Source: an uncultured Phycisphaerales bacterium
GTDB taxonomy: Bacteria; Planctomycetota; Phycisphaerae; Tepidisphaerales; Tepidisphaeraceae
DNA: 64,000 nucleotides
NCBI GenBank assembly: GCA_963755915.1
Contig: CAVWLP010000002.1
Coordinates: 800,001 to 864,000, forward strand
Direction of reading: 5' to 3'
The position numbers and the translations under genes were made by a program. Below, piece after piece: positions 10,964-20,903 of the stretch. The notes under the pieces were generated by a model, which saw only the letters and a program-made list of their open reading frames with translations, was not told the DNA's origin and ran no database searches. Positions within the stretch are counted from its first letter, which is position 1. Every line of letters begins with the position of its first letter.

Positions 10964-11316
10964 GAATGATTCTCCTCGAGCTTCAATCGACGGAGGGTAA
11001 CGATAGCGGGGCCGGCGGGGAAATAAAGCTACGGATTTTTCTGTGGTGCTCCATTGTTGTCTCGCTGGTAAACTGTTCTTAAATTCCACCTGGGTCGATA
11101 AAATGGCTGGGCGTGGGCTTATCCGGGACGAGCCGGCAATACACGTCCGATAAATTCGTTAAGCATGATGCAGATGAGTCAATCGGCAAATACTGCGCTC
11201 TTGGCCTAAAGGTTGTAGACGGCAAGTCGATAATGAACGTGACGGCAGTGCGAAGTTCGCCCGCCGTCAACAACCCAAACACCGGCAAAAGGGGCCGGAG
11301 TTTCGGCCAGGGAGAA

Positions 11317-11910
11317 ATGCCAATGAACGCCACGACCAAAGTCAAAGATGTTCTGACCACGGGCGAGGTCGCCAAGATCTGCAATGTTGCCCCGCGCACG
11401 GTCAGCAAATGGTTCGACAGCGGAGCCCTCCACGGGTATCGCATTCCGGGCAGCAAGGACCGGCGCATTCCGCTCAACCAGCTTATCCGGTTCATGAAGA
11501 TGCACGGGATGCCGCTCAACGGCCTGATGACCGGCTGCACCCGCGTCCTCATCGTCGATGAGGAGCAGGACATCGTTGAAGTCCTGGAAAAGATCCTCGA
11601 AGACGAAGCGAAATACGAAGTGGAAGTCGCCAAGGGCGGCTTCGCCGCGGGGATCACCGCGGAAAAATTCCGTCCGCACGTGATCCTGCTGGACATGAAC
11701 CTGCGCGACATCGATGGCCGCGAGGTTTGCAAGCACGTGAAATCGAATTCCGATTTGCAGCTTACGAAAGTGATCGCGATGAGCGGCAAGATGACCCCCG
11801 AAGACGCCAAGGGCCTGCTTGGAAGCGGATTCGACGGGTTCCTCCGCAAGCCGTTCCACGTTCGGCAGGTGATCGAGGCGATCGAAGACGTGATGGCCGT
11901 GGTTTACTAA
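11317..11910 (+). CDS. Response regulator with N-terminal excisionase-like HTH and C-terminal receiver domain
   Basis: LTTGEVAKICNVAPRTVSKWFDSG; VLIVDE, ILLDM and LRKPF receiver motifs. Confidence 0.9.
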   Translation: MPMNATTKVKDVLTTGEVAKICNVAPRTVSKWFDSGALHGYRIPGSKDRRIPLNQLIRFMKMHGMPLNGLMTGCTRVLIVDEEQDIVEVLEKILEDEAKYEVEVAKGGFAAGITAEKFRPHVILLDMNLRDIDGREVCKHVKSNSDLQLTKVIAMSGKMTPEDAKGLLGSGFDGFLRKPFHVRQVIEAIEDVMAVVY

Positions 11911-11941
11911 CCGAAGAGCTGAATTTTTATCCTGATGAAGA

Positions 11942-11982
11942 GACGAGGGCCGGACCCGGAGGGACTGGCCCTTGTCGTTTTT
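11942..11982 (+). terminator. Probable intrinsic terminator
   Basis: GACGAGGGCCGG/CTGGCCCTTGTC stem with GU pairs, followed by a T run. Confidence 0.6.
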
Positions 11983-12101
11983 AGACACGCTCGGACGCCG
12001 TTAGCACATCTGCCAAAGTAGCCGCCGCAACTCAATTCCATTCGCACACCCTTGCTCCCCCGGTTATGATTCGCGCCCGATCGACCAACAACAGGGCGCT
12101 C

Positions 12102-12909
12102 ATGGAACCTCTTCAGCGAATCGTCTGCGACTGGTGCAAGGCTCAGAATCCGCCGGGGGCAACCTCGTGCGAGAAATGCGGGGCTCCGCTGAATGTAAAG
12201 AATCTCGTCAGCGATTCCGGCTGGCGCGAAGCGCCGCGGCTGCGGGATATGTCGGAATTGAAATTCGGCTCCAGCGTTTGCCAGGTGGAGGGGGAAATCG
12301 TTCCCGTCGCGGAGATCACGCTGGGCGGACGCGACGCGATTTTTTTCGAGCATCACGTGCTGCTCTGGAAAGACGACGCGGTGCGGATGGACGTGATGCC
12401 GCTGACCGGCGGGATCAAGCGGGCGCTGGCGGGGATGCCGTTTGTGGTGTCGATCGCCTCGGGGCAGGGGCGGGTGGCCTTTTCGCGATGCGGCCGGGGA
12501 GCTGGTCGTCCTGCCGCTTGAGCCGGGCACGGAAATGGACGTGCGCGAGCACGCGTTTCTGCTCTGCTCGCATTCGATCGATTATTCCTACACGCGCATC
12601 AAGGGGCTGCGGAATATTCTCTTCGGGGGGCAAGGGATGTTCATGGACCGCTTCGTCGCCAAGAGCGAGCCGGGGCTGCTGATATTGCATGGGTATGGGA
12701 ATGTGTTCGAGCGGCGGCTGGGGGCGGGGGAGACGGTGATCCTGGAGCCGGGGGCTTATTTGTATAAAGACGCCAGCGTGACGATGGAGATCGAGACGCA
12801 GAAATTGACGACCGGATTTTTCGGGGGAGTGGGGATGAACCTGGCGAAGATGACGGGGCCTGGAAGAGTCGGGATTCAATCGATGTATCACCATCATCAT
12901 ACGGATTGA
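12102..12909 (+). CDS. Zinc-ribbon plus AIM24 family protein (frameshift near 12488)
   Basis: CDWC..CEKC; GQGRVAFS, GLLILHGYG, GPGRVGIQS. Confidence 0.8.
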
Positions 12910-13010
12910 GATGTTAAACGTTGTTGGAAATTTCGGGATCTCTGCGGTCCTGACTATTCGAGATCGCCGCGTGACGACTTACAGCTCTCTTTTTTCGATG
13001 GCTGATTCGG

Positions 13011-13334
13011 CGTTCGTTTTAAATGCAAATGCAGGGGAGGCGGGAGACAACCCATCAGGCCCCACCCTCGACAAGCTCAGGGCCGGCAAGGTTTTTCTCC
13101 CGCCTCCCCCGCACCCCCTCCACCCTCTTTCCACTTCCCCTAACCGTCCAGCCCCGAAGACATAAAACTGATGCCGATGGGCGGGTCTTTGCATTTTCTT
13201 CCCGCGGACGGTTGAGGGGAAAAGGAGAGGGAGTGGGGAGGGTGCGGGAGGGGCGACGGGGAAACTCTTGGGGCCCTATGTGGTTCCCCCTCGCCCCTCC
13301 TGCATTGCATTTGAATTTGCATTTAAAACGAGCG
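13011..13334. repeat. Long imperfect inverted repeat formed by two copies of a ~130-bp dispersed repeat (MITE-like)
   Basis: Left arm 13011-13149 pairs with right arm 13206-13334; a third copy lies at about 29029-29150. Confidence 0.8.
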
Positions 13335-13405
13335 ACAAGGAATCGTGGCACGATAAATCCGTCGCGTCGCCAAGCGTGCCCTGCGAACACCAGGCCAAAG
13401 ACGTC

Positions 13406-14337
13406 ATGACTACACCAACACCGCCGAATACTTCTCGTACCGTCAAGTGTACCTGGTGCGGACACACTGGCGATGCCTCGGCAAGCACAAGCTGCCCGCG
13501 GTGCGGCGCCCGATTGATGTGCGGATGGCTGTGGATGATGCGGGGTGGACGGAGCTGCCGGCGATTCGGGATATGGCGCGGATTCAGCTTGGGCAGTCGT
13601 CTTGCCAGATCGAGGGGAAGTATGTGCCGGTGGCGGATTTCAAGTTGGCGGGCGGGGACAGCGTTTATTTCACGCATCATCTTTTGCTGTGGAAGGATGA
13701 GCAGGTGCAGATTGGGACGATGCCGCTGGCGAAGGGATGGAAGCGGCTGTTCGCGGGGCTGCCGCTGATCATGACTCAGGCGTCCGGGCCGGGACGGGTG
13801 GCGTTTTCGAAGGATGCGCCCGGGGAGATGATCGCCCTGCCGCTGGATGCGGGGCAGTCGATCGACGTGCGCGAGCATGTCTTCATGGTGGCCAGCGGGT
13901 CGGTGGCTTATGACTGGTTTCAGACCGGGATCTGGTTTACGACGCACGCGGGGAAGGATTCGGAAACGCATTATCCGATCGGGATGTTCATGGACCGATT
14001 CACGGCCGGTTCGGGAGATCGGAAGGAGCCGGGCTTGGTTTTGCTGCATGGGCATGGGAATGTGTTTGTGCGGAATCTGGGGCCGGCGCAGACGATCACG
14101 ATCAAGCCGACGGCGCTGCTGTTCAAGGATCCGACGGTTTTCATGAACCTGCACATCGAGACGCCGGGGGCGAGGTATGGGTCGTTCAGCTCCTGGCGGA
14201 TGTGGGCGAACCGGTATGTGTGGCTGCACCTTCGCGGGCCGGGACGGGTGGCGATTCAGTCGCACTTTGAGCAGATGGAGGATGGGGGGAATCAGATCAC
14301 GAGCAGTTCGCCGATGACGACGGGGTGGAGGTGGTGA
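13406..14337 (+). CDS. Second zinc-ribbon plus AIM24 family protein (frameshift near 13510)
   Basis: CTWC..CPRC; GPGRVAFS, GLVLLHGHG, GPGRVAIQS; clear paralog of 12102-12909. Confidence 0.8.
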
Positions 14338-14567
14338 CTGAACAGAACTGAACACTTCTGAACACTTTTTGGATTTCGATTAGTTAGTGCTAGCTTATCG
14401 CGATCTTGTATCGTTTGGTGTTTCCTGGGGTTGGGCGGGGGTGACGCGAAATGGGAAGGGGCGTGACGGAGAAAGTGTTCAGTTTTGTTGGGGTTTAACA
14501 AATGTGAGTGGGTGAGGTGCATTTAAAGGCGAATGGGGATTTTTCCGGTCGCCGCGGCGACCGCCTC

Positions 14568-14683
14568 CCTTCGGTCTGACTTCGATGAGCTCCCTTCGGT
14601 CTGAGCTCAGGGTCGAAGACAGTCGAATCGAGCTCAGGGTCGAAGACAACCGTCCTTCACGACTCCCTGAGCTCGTCGAAGTC
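14568..14683. repeat. Nested cluster of 23-28 nt hairpin mini-elements
   Basis: A (14568-14577 plus 14630-14647) contains B (14578-14592 plus 14621-14629), which contains an identical A (14593-14620). A further B-like copy lies at 14661-14683. Confidence 0.85.
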
Positions 14684-16203
14684 AGCCCCGCTTGTCCGAC
14701 CTGGGCTGGATTCAAAAGTTTCGCGTTCGCGAAATCGGTGACGTCCCTCGAAGGCCCGGGCTTCATCTGCCGTCCCGATTCTATCTCAATGATTAATCGT
14801 CAAGCCTGGGCGTGATCCGGCTAATGCACATCGCCTTTGGTTGCGAGGCTGATATAATCGACAACGCAGCGTTGCGAAAGACGGGCCTCCCGGCGTGACT
14901 GTTGGCGGGATCAATGTTTTCGCCGTTGTTGTGGACGCGGTCGAGGGTCGGGAATCAGCGTCAAAGGAGAAGGCGGCAGAAACCAGGATCGTTAAAACGC
15001 CTGCAGCTTACGCGCGACACTCTAATGAGGCTATTTCGGCCGAAAATATATGCCATTCGGCAATTCGCCAACTACCGACGAGCGCCTGCGATCCGGTCTC
15101 GATGCGAATCAAGCTGTCCGTGAGCAGATGTGCATTGCGTTGCTACCATTGTTGGGAAAATACACATTTGCTAGACCGCGGCGACCGCGCGGCGGTCCAG
15201 ACGGTGGTCGCGACATTGAGGCGCTTTTTGACGACCGTCTAACCGTTTGGGGCGCCGTAGGATTCCAAAACGGTGCCAATGATTCTGCGGAACAAAAGAA
15301 ATGGGTCCATAAGAAATTCGGGAACGATCTTTCCGCTGCGATTAAAAATAGTTCTGCGCTAAGGGGTTTTGTGTTCTTCACGAATGTGGATCTTACGCCT
15401 GGTGAGCAAAGTAAGCTGCGAAAATTAGCGACTACCCGAAAATTGACACACGTAGAAATTTTTGGCGCGAGCAATTGAGGCATGTATTGGATAGCACTGA
15501 GGGATTGGGCTATCGGTTGCGGTACCTTGGCCTATCGATGTCGCCTGAAGAACAGCTTCAGTTCGTTAGCCGATTTGAGCAAACGATCGGTCTGGCTCTT
15601 GATAAACATCGGGAGTTTTTCGAAGAGCGGATGAGGCGGCTTGAGTTTTTGCAGATGGCTTCGGAACCCATCCACAGTGTCTCTGCGCTATGCATTCTTA
15701 AGGATATAGTACCGGCCATTTCGTTGGGTCATTTTCGCGTATTCCTGCAGTTAAGCGCGATTCGTGATGGATATATAAGCTCGTTAAGTCTTATCGCACG
15801 CGACAGGAAGAATTTTGGACAATTGCCTAGTGAAATTAGAGCAAGGTTCAATAACCGGCTCGGAATTGAATCGTGTATTTGGTCGGAGAATGAGAAAAAC
15901 AGAATAGCTCCCGCACACGACTTCAATCTCATTCGTGGACCGACAGTTACCGATATCGATTTCGGCGTGGATGAGATTGACCAGCCGCACAGTTTTTCGT
16001 TGCGACAGCTTAATCGTCGCGCGTTCTCGCTTTATATGACGGAGCCGCTGGCCGAAAGGATCCGAGCCGTAAATATTATCGTCAACTGTCATGGGGCGCG
16101 CAAAACCGGCCAATTGAGGGCGCGCCAAAACCGGCCATTTTGAGGCACAGGAGATTGGGTTATCGACCTTGGCTTTCGGCGGTTGCCGCAAGCCAATGGT
16201 GGG

Positions 16204-17933
16204 ATGGCCAATCAACTCAAGATGGCGGAAGTACAAGCAATTTTGGCACTTGCGCAGCGGCTGGTCCAATCGGAACATCGCCCGCCAACTCGGCGTTCAC
16301 CGGGAGACCGTTGGACGCCACATCCGGTTGTCGGGCGGCGATCCTGCGGCGCCCGGATCGGATTCAAAACCGGCCAGCGCGCCCCTCGGCTCGACGGTGC
16401 TCGCCGCAGGCGGCTCGACGGTGCTCGCCGCAGGCGGCTCGACGGTGCTCGCCGCAGGCGGCTCGACGGTGCTCGCCGCAGGCGGCTCGACGGTGCTCGC
16501 CGCAGGCGGCTCGGAGAGCGCGCCCACCGGGTTATCCGGCGCGCCCATCGGGTCGGTCAGTACGGCATCGCCCTGGCGTGAGGTCATTGTTCAGAAGTTG
16601 GAAGCCGGGCTGACGGCCCAGCGGATTTATCAAGACATCTCCAGCGATCACGGCTATGCCGGCAGCTATTACAGCGTGCGCCGGTTCATCAAGAAGCTCT
16701 CGGCTGCCGCGCCGGCGCCCTTTCGCCGGATGGAATGCGAGCCGGGAGCCGAGGTGCAGGTGGACTTCGGCCGGGGTGCGCCCTGGTCGGTCCTGACGGC
16801 AAACGCAAAGCAACCTGGGTCTTCCGCATTGTGCTGAGCCACAGCCGCAAGGGGTACGCCGAGGCGGTGGAGCGGCAGACGACCGATGATTTTCTGCGTT
16901 GTCTGGAAAATGCCTTTACGCACTTCGGCGGGATGCCGTCAGCGCTGGTGATCGACAATCTTCGCGCGGCGGTGACGCGGGCGGACTGGTTCGAGGCGGA
17001 GTTGTGTCCCAAGGTCCGGTCGTTCGCCGAACATTATGGAATCGCCATTCTGCCCACCAAGCCGTACACGCCGCGGCACAAGGGGAAGATCGAGCGGGGC
17101 ATCGGCTATGTGAAGAGCAATGCTCTCAAAGGCCGGCAATTCGCCTCGCTCTCGGATCAGAACGCGCATCTGCTGACGTGGGAGAAGAGCGTGGCCGACA
17201 CGCGCATCCACGGCACGACGCGGCGGCAGGTGAAGGAAGTCTTCGAGCAGGTAGAGAAGCCGGCACTGTTGGCTCTGCCGCCGGTGCGATTCGATCTTTT
17301 CACCGAGGCGTTGCGCAGTGTTCACCGCGACGGGCACGTGGAGATCAAGGGGGCGTACTATTCGGTCCCGCCGGAGTTTTTGGGCCAGCGGGTCTGGGCG
17401 CGGTGGGACGGCGCACGGTCCGGCTGTTCGATCAGAAGATGCGTGCGATCGCTCTGCACGCGCAGCGTCCGCCGGGCAGGTTCTCGACGCAAGACGCCCA
17501 TATCCTGCCGGAGAAGATCAGCGGCATCGAGCGTGGAACGACCTGGCTTCTCCAGCGGATCGAATGCATCGGGCCGCACGCCACGCAGTGGGCGCAGTCA
17601 ATGCTTCAGCATCGCGGCATCGAAGGCGTGCGCGTGTTGATGGGGCTGCTGTCGCTGGCCAATCAGCAGCCGCGACCGGCCGTGGAACGAGCCTGCGAGA
17701 TTGCTCTGGGGCATGGCGCGTATCACCTGCGCTCCCTGCGGCAGCTCATCGAACACCAAAACGGTGCGCCGGTTCAACAACACTTCGAGTTTGTTCAGGA
17801 ACATCCAATCATCCGCGGACTGGCCGATTACGGACAGTTCGTACGCGACGCAATCACCCAAGCGGAGGCTTTGCCTGCCGCACAACCTTTACAGGCCTGC
17901 CCTGAGCAGAGCCGAAGGGAGTCCACCCCATGA
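16204..17933 (+). CDS. istA: IS21 transposase IstA (about 3 frameshifts, near 16256, 16780 and 17410)
   Basis: HTH (WSNRNIARQLGVHRETV), PGAEVQVDFG, FGGMP..LVIDN, KGKIER, YSVP. Confidence 0.9.
16387..16513 (+). repeat. Perfect 24-bp tandem repeat (5.3 copies) inside istA, encoding (GSTVLAAG)5
   Basis: CGGCTCGACGGTGCTCGCCGCAGG five times plus CGGCTCG. Confidence 0.97.
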
Positions 17934-18820
17934 GACCTTCGTTGATGCAGACGCTCAAGCAACTTCGGCTTTCAGGTCTGGCGAGCAGCCTTGAAGTTCG
18001 CCTGAGCGAGGCGGCCGGCAATCGGCTCGACCACAGTGAGTTTTTGGAACTGATCCTTCAGGATGAACTGAACGTCCGATCCAGCCGGCAGATCGGCCGG
18101 CGCGTCAAGGCGGCGATGTTCCGCGACACCAAAAACCTCGACGAGTTCGACTTCTCCTTCAACACCTCCATCAAACGCAAACAGATTCACGATCTGGCCG
18201 CCGGCCAGTTCATTCGTGACAAACGTGACGTGCTCTTGCTGGGTCCGCCCGGCGTGGGCAAATCGTTTTTGGCCCAGGCCATCGGACACCAGGCGATCAA
18301 GAGCGGCTTGGTGGTCCTGTACCGATCCATCTTCGACCTGGCCCGCGACTTTTTAGGCGACGAGGATCTGGGAGCCCAGGACAAGACGCTGGCCCGGTAT
18401 CTCAAGCCTGATCTGCTTATCATCGACGACATGGGAATGAAGCAGCTTCCGCGGCGCAGCGGCGAATGCCTGCTGGAGATCGTCATGCGCCGGCACGAGA
18501 ACCGCTCGACGATGATGACCAGCAACCGTCCACTGGAGGACTGGGCCAAGCTGATCGGCGACGTGCCGGCGGCCACGGCCATTCTGGATCGGTTCCTGCA
18601 GCACGCCACGATCATCAACATCACCGGCAAGAGCTACCGCCTTCGGCATGGGGGCCATTCGACTTCGCTCACGGCAGGCCAATCCGGGACACCGGAAAAG
18701 ACAAATCCAAAAGGACGGCGGAGTACCGCCGGCGATGAAGGGTGCTCCCCCCCGGAAGACACCGTGACAGAGCCGCCGTTGTCTTCTGATGTGGGGGTAT
18801 CCGCCGGCCAGACGGCGTGA
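17930..18820 (+). CDS. istB: IS21 helper ATPase IstB
   Basis: GPPGVGKS Walker A, LLIIDDMG, TSN, AILDR; ATGA overlap with istA. Confidence 0.95.
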   Translation: MRPSLMQTLKQLRLSGLASSLEVRLSEAAGNRLDHSEFLELILQDELNVRSSRQIGRRVKAAMFRDTKNLDEFDFSFNTSIKRKQIHDLAAGQFIRDKRDVLLLGPPGVGKSFLAQAIGHQAIKSGLVVLYRSIFDLARDFLGDEDLGAQDKTLARYLKPDLLIIDDMGMKQLPRRSGECLLEIVMRRHENRSTMMTSNRPLEDWAKLIGDVPAATAILDRFLQHATIINITGKSYRLRHGGHSTSLTAGQSGTPEKTNPKGRRSTAGDEGCSPPEDTVTEPPLSSDVGVSAGQTA

Positions 18821-19390
18821 ACGGGGACCAATAACTCAAGGAACAGTTGCGTCGGATAGAACGGATGCGGTATAGAATACGTCAGCACATTGGCCGGTTT
18901 TGAAGCGCCCCGCCCTGGCTGGTTTTGGCGCGCCCCGTGACAGTCAACAGCTACTTGATATTTAGGGCAAGCTCAGAGGAGTTTGTTTTGAACAAGAATA
19001 TCCTGTCGTTCGAGGAGCCGCCGTGGAAAGGTAAGCTAACAAAAGTCGAGAGAGCAGTTCGTTGGGTTGAATTTCAGTTTCCGCAGTCGGATTCGTTTAT
19101 TGATTTCGCTTTTCACACACCTCAGCTAATGATTTGAGATGCGGCAACGGCTTGGCTATTCGTCGAGGTAGTGGCGACATGCCGCGTTGCAATGTGGCCA
19201 TTCGTCTTTTTCGTAGTAGCGATGGCGTTGTCTCTAAGCGCCGTACGGGCGAACCCTTAAATATTACATCCCCGCTCTGTTTACCATCAATCAAACCCAG
19301 CGCAACCGCCTCCCTCACATTGACTTAAACAGAAATAAGTTATCATACACTAACCAATCGCCGAAAACGTAACATTTCGTAACATTTTGT

Positions 19391-20879
19391 CATTGTCGTT
19401 CGGTACTTTGTTTGCGGCTAGGGGAAAATCGGCAACCATTCGGCTGGGGGAGCGATGCGGCAGATCATTCTGCTTGAGAACCGATGCGGGGGCGAATGGG
19501 GGGTTGAGTAGCGCGAGCATCAACCGCCGGCCAGCGAACTCGAGAACGCAGCCGGAATTAATGGCCTCGTTTTTTGGCGCGGGCCTCCTGCTCCCGCCGC
19601 GTTCTTTCAATCTGCCGCTGGACGTCCTGAACATCGGCAAAGCCCAGCAGATACCACATGATCCGTTCCATGACGGCCCTGGCCGGCTTCAACCCGGTGG
19701 TCAGATTCAGCAGCATGCACACGATCACCGCGCAGTAGATCTGGATCTCCACGCCGGTCTTGCGCTGGCTCAGTAAATGGCGGCACCCCAGCAGTTGTTT
19801 CATGAATTTGAAAAAGGTCTCGATGGTCCAGCGGTAGCGATACAAGATCGAGATCAGCTCCGGCGCCAGTACCAGGTCCGGACACAGGAACCTCATCTGT
19901 CCGCTGCTGGGGACGTAACCTTTGCGGGTGCGTTTGGCATGAACCTCGGCCTTCACGACCACCAGCCGCGTCGGGTGATCCAGGCCTTCCAACCGCACCA
20001 CCGCGTCGCGGATCACGCCCTCCTCAATCGCCTGGGCACTGAGCTTGCGTTCCTCGACCACTTGGTACTTCAGGTCGTCGATGGCGCGAAAGACATAAAG
20101 GCTGTGGGCCTGGACGATGCGGTTTATCAGCGGCTTGTCGAAGTAGCCACGGTCGGCGACGTAGAGCCGGCCCGGCTCCAGCATCGCCTCCAGCACGCGT
20201 CGTTCGTTGTTCGAGCCGCGCGGGCTTCCACCGGTCAGACGCACCCGTTGCGGAACCATCGTGTCCAGGTCCAGCAGGGTGTGAATGCGCCAGGCGTGAT
20301 AAGCCCCGGCGTCGGGCGCTTCTTGCCCGGTACAGCGGGCTGGGGTGAGACAACGCCGTTTGGCGTTGTAGAGCGTCTCGATGAGCCTGGGCAATGCCTT
20401 GATCAGCGTCCCGTCCACGAGCGTGATGGCGTGGTGGATATCGGCCAGTCGCGGATCGCGAGGCAACCGGTGTAAATCGCCGGTCAGCTCTTCAATCACC
20501 CGGATCAACTCCCGCGGCTGGAAGACCACGGGCGCCTTGAGAAACTGGCTTTGGAAAAATCCTTGATGCCCAGTTGTTTGGCCAGTCGCGGCAGTTCCAT
20601 GGCGCGCTGCAGGCCGCTGATCGATTCGATCATCGGCGTGATGAGGTAGACTAGAACGAGCTTGACGTAGTCGTCGAAGAAGAGTTGTCGATTGCCGGCC
20701 GTGTCGCGCTCGGTTCCAACCTCATGGAGCCGATCCAGCAGCGGCAACACGCGAGTGAGCAGCCCAAACGGAACATCCTTGATCTGAAGTTCCAGCACCA
20801 ACCCCTATGCTGACATACCATAGCGCGTCGCGCAAGCGCAAGAATCGGCAACAAGCGAATCGTGTACCGAACGGCAATG
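19391..20879 (-). mobile_element. IS4-family insertion sequence (about 1.49 kb)
   Basis: Terminal IR CATTGTCGTTCGGTAC / GTACCGAACGGCAATG (15 of 16 match); flanks ACATTTTGT and ACATTATGT (9 bp, 1 mismatch). Confidence 0.85.
19558..20801 (-). CDS. IS4-family DDE transposase (frameshift near 20535)
   Basis: LVDGT, VADRGY, YRYRWTIETFFKFMK (Y-2-R-3-E-6-K motif). Confidence 0.9.
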
Positions 20880-20903
20880 ACATTATGTAACATTCCCGCT
20901 TTT

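Larger units (their letters stand above)
16087..18942 (+). mobile_element. Complete IS21-family insertion sequence (2856 bp)
   Basis: TG...CA ends; IRL TGTCATGGGGCGCGCAAAACCGGCCA versus IRR (reverse complement) TGTCACGGGGCGCGCCAAAACCAGCCA; 6-bp direct repeat GTCAAC at 16081-16086 and 18943-18948; istA and istB. Confidence 0.96.
15050..19137 (+). pseudogene. Restriction-endonuclease-like (Mrr/PD-(D/E)XK-type) gene interrupted by IS21
   Basis: GGPDGGRDIEA and FVFFTN motifs; indel near 15466. Removing the IS and one GTCAAC restores ...RAVNIIVN-SYLIFRASS...QLMI* in frame. Lower GC than the flanks. Confidence 0.7.

Noticed and set aside
11931-11982. Hammerhead ribozyme (CTGATGA followed by a stem)
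   Set aside because: No GAAA after the stem; the hairpin plus T run fits a terminator.
16387-16513. CRISPR array
   Set aside because: The repeats are contiguous with no spacers, lie in a transposase frame, and no cas genes are seen.
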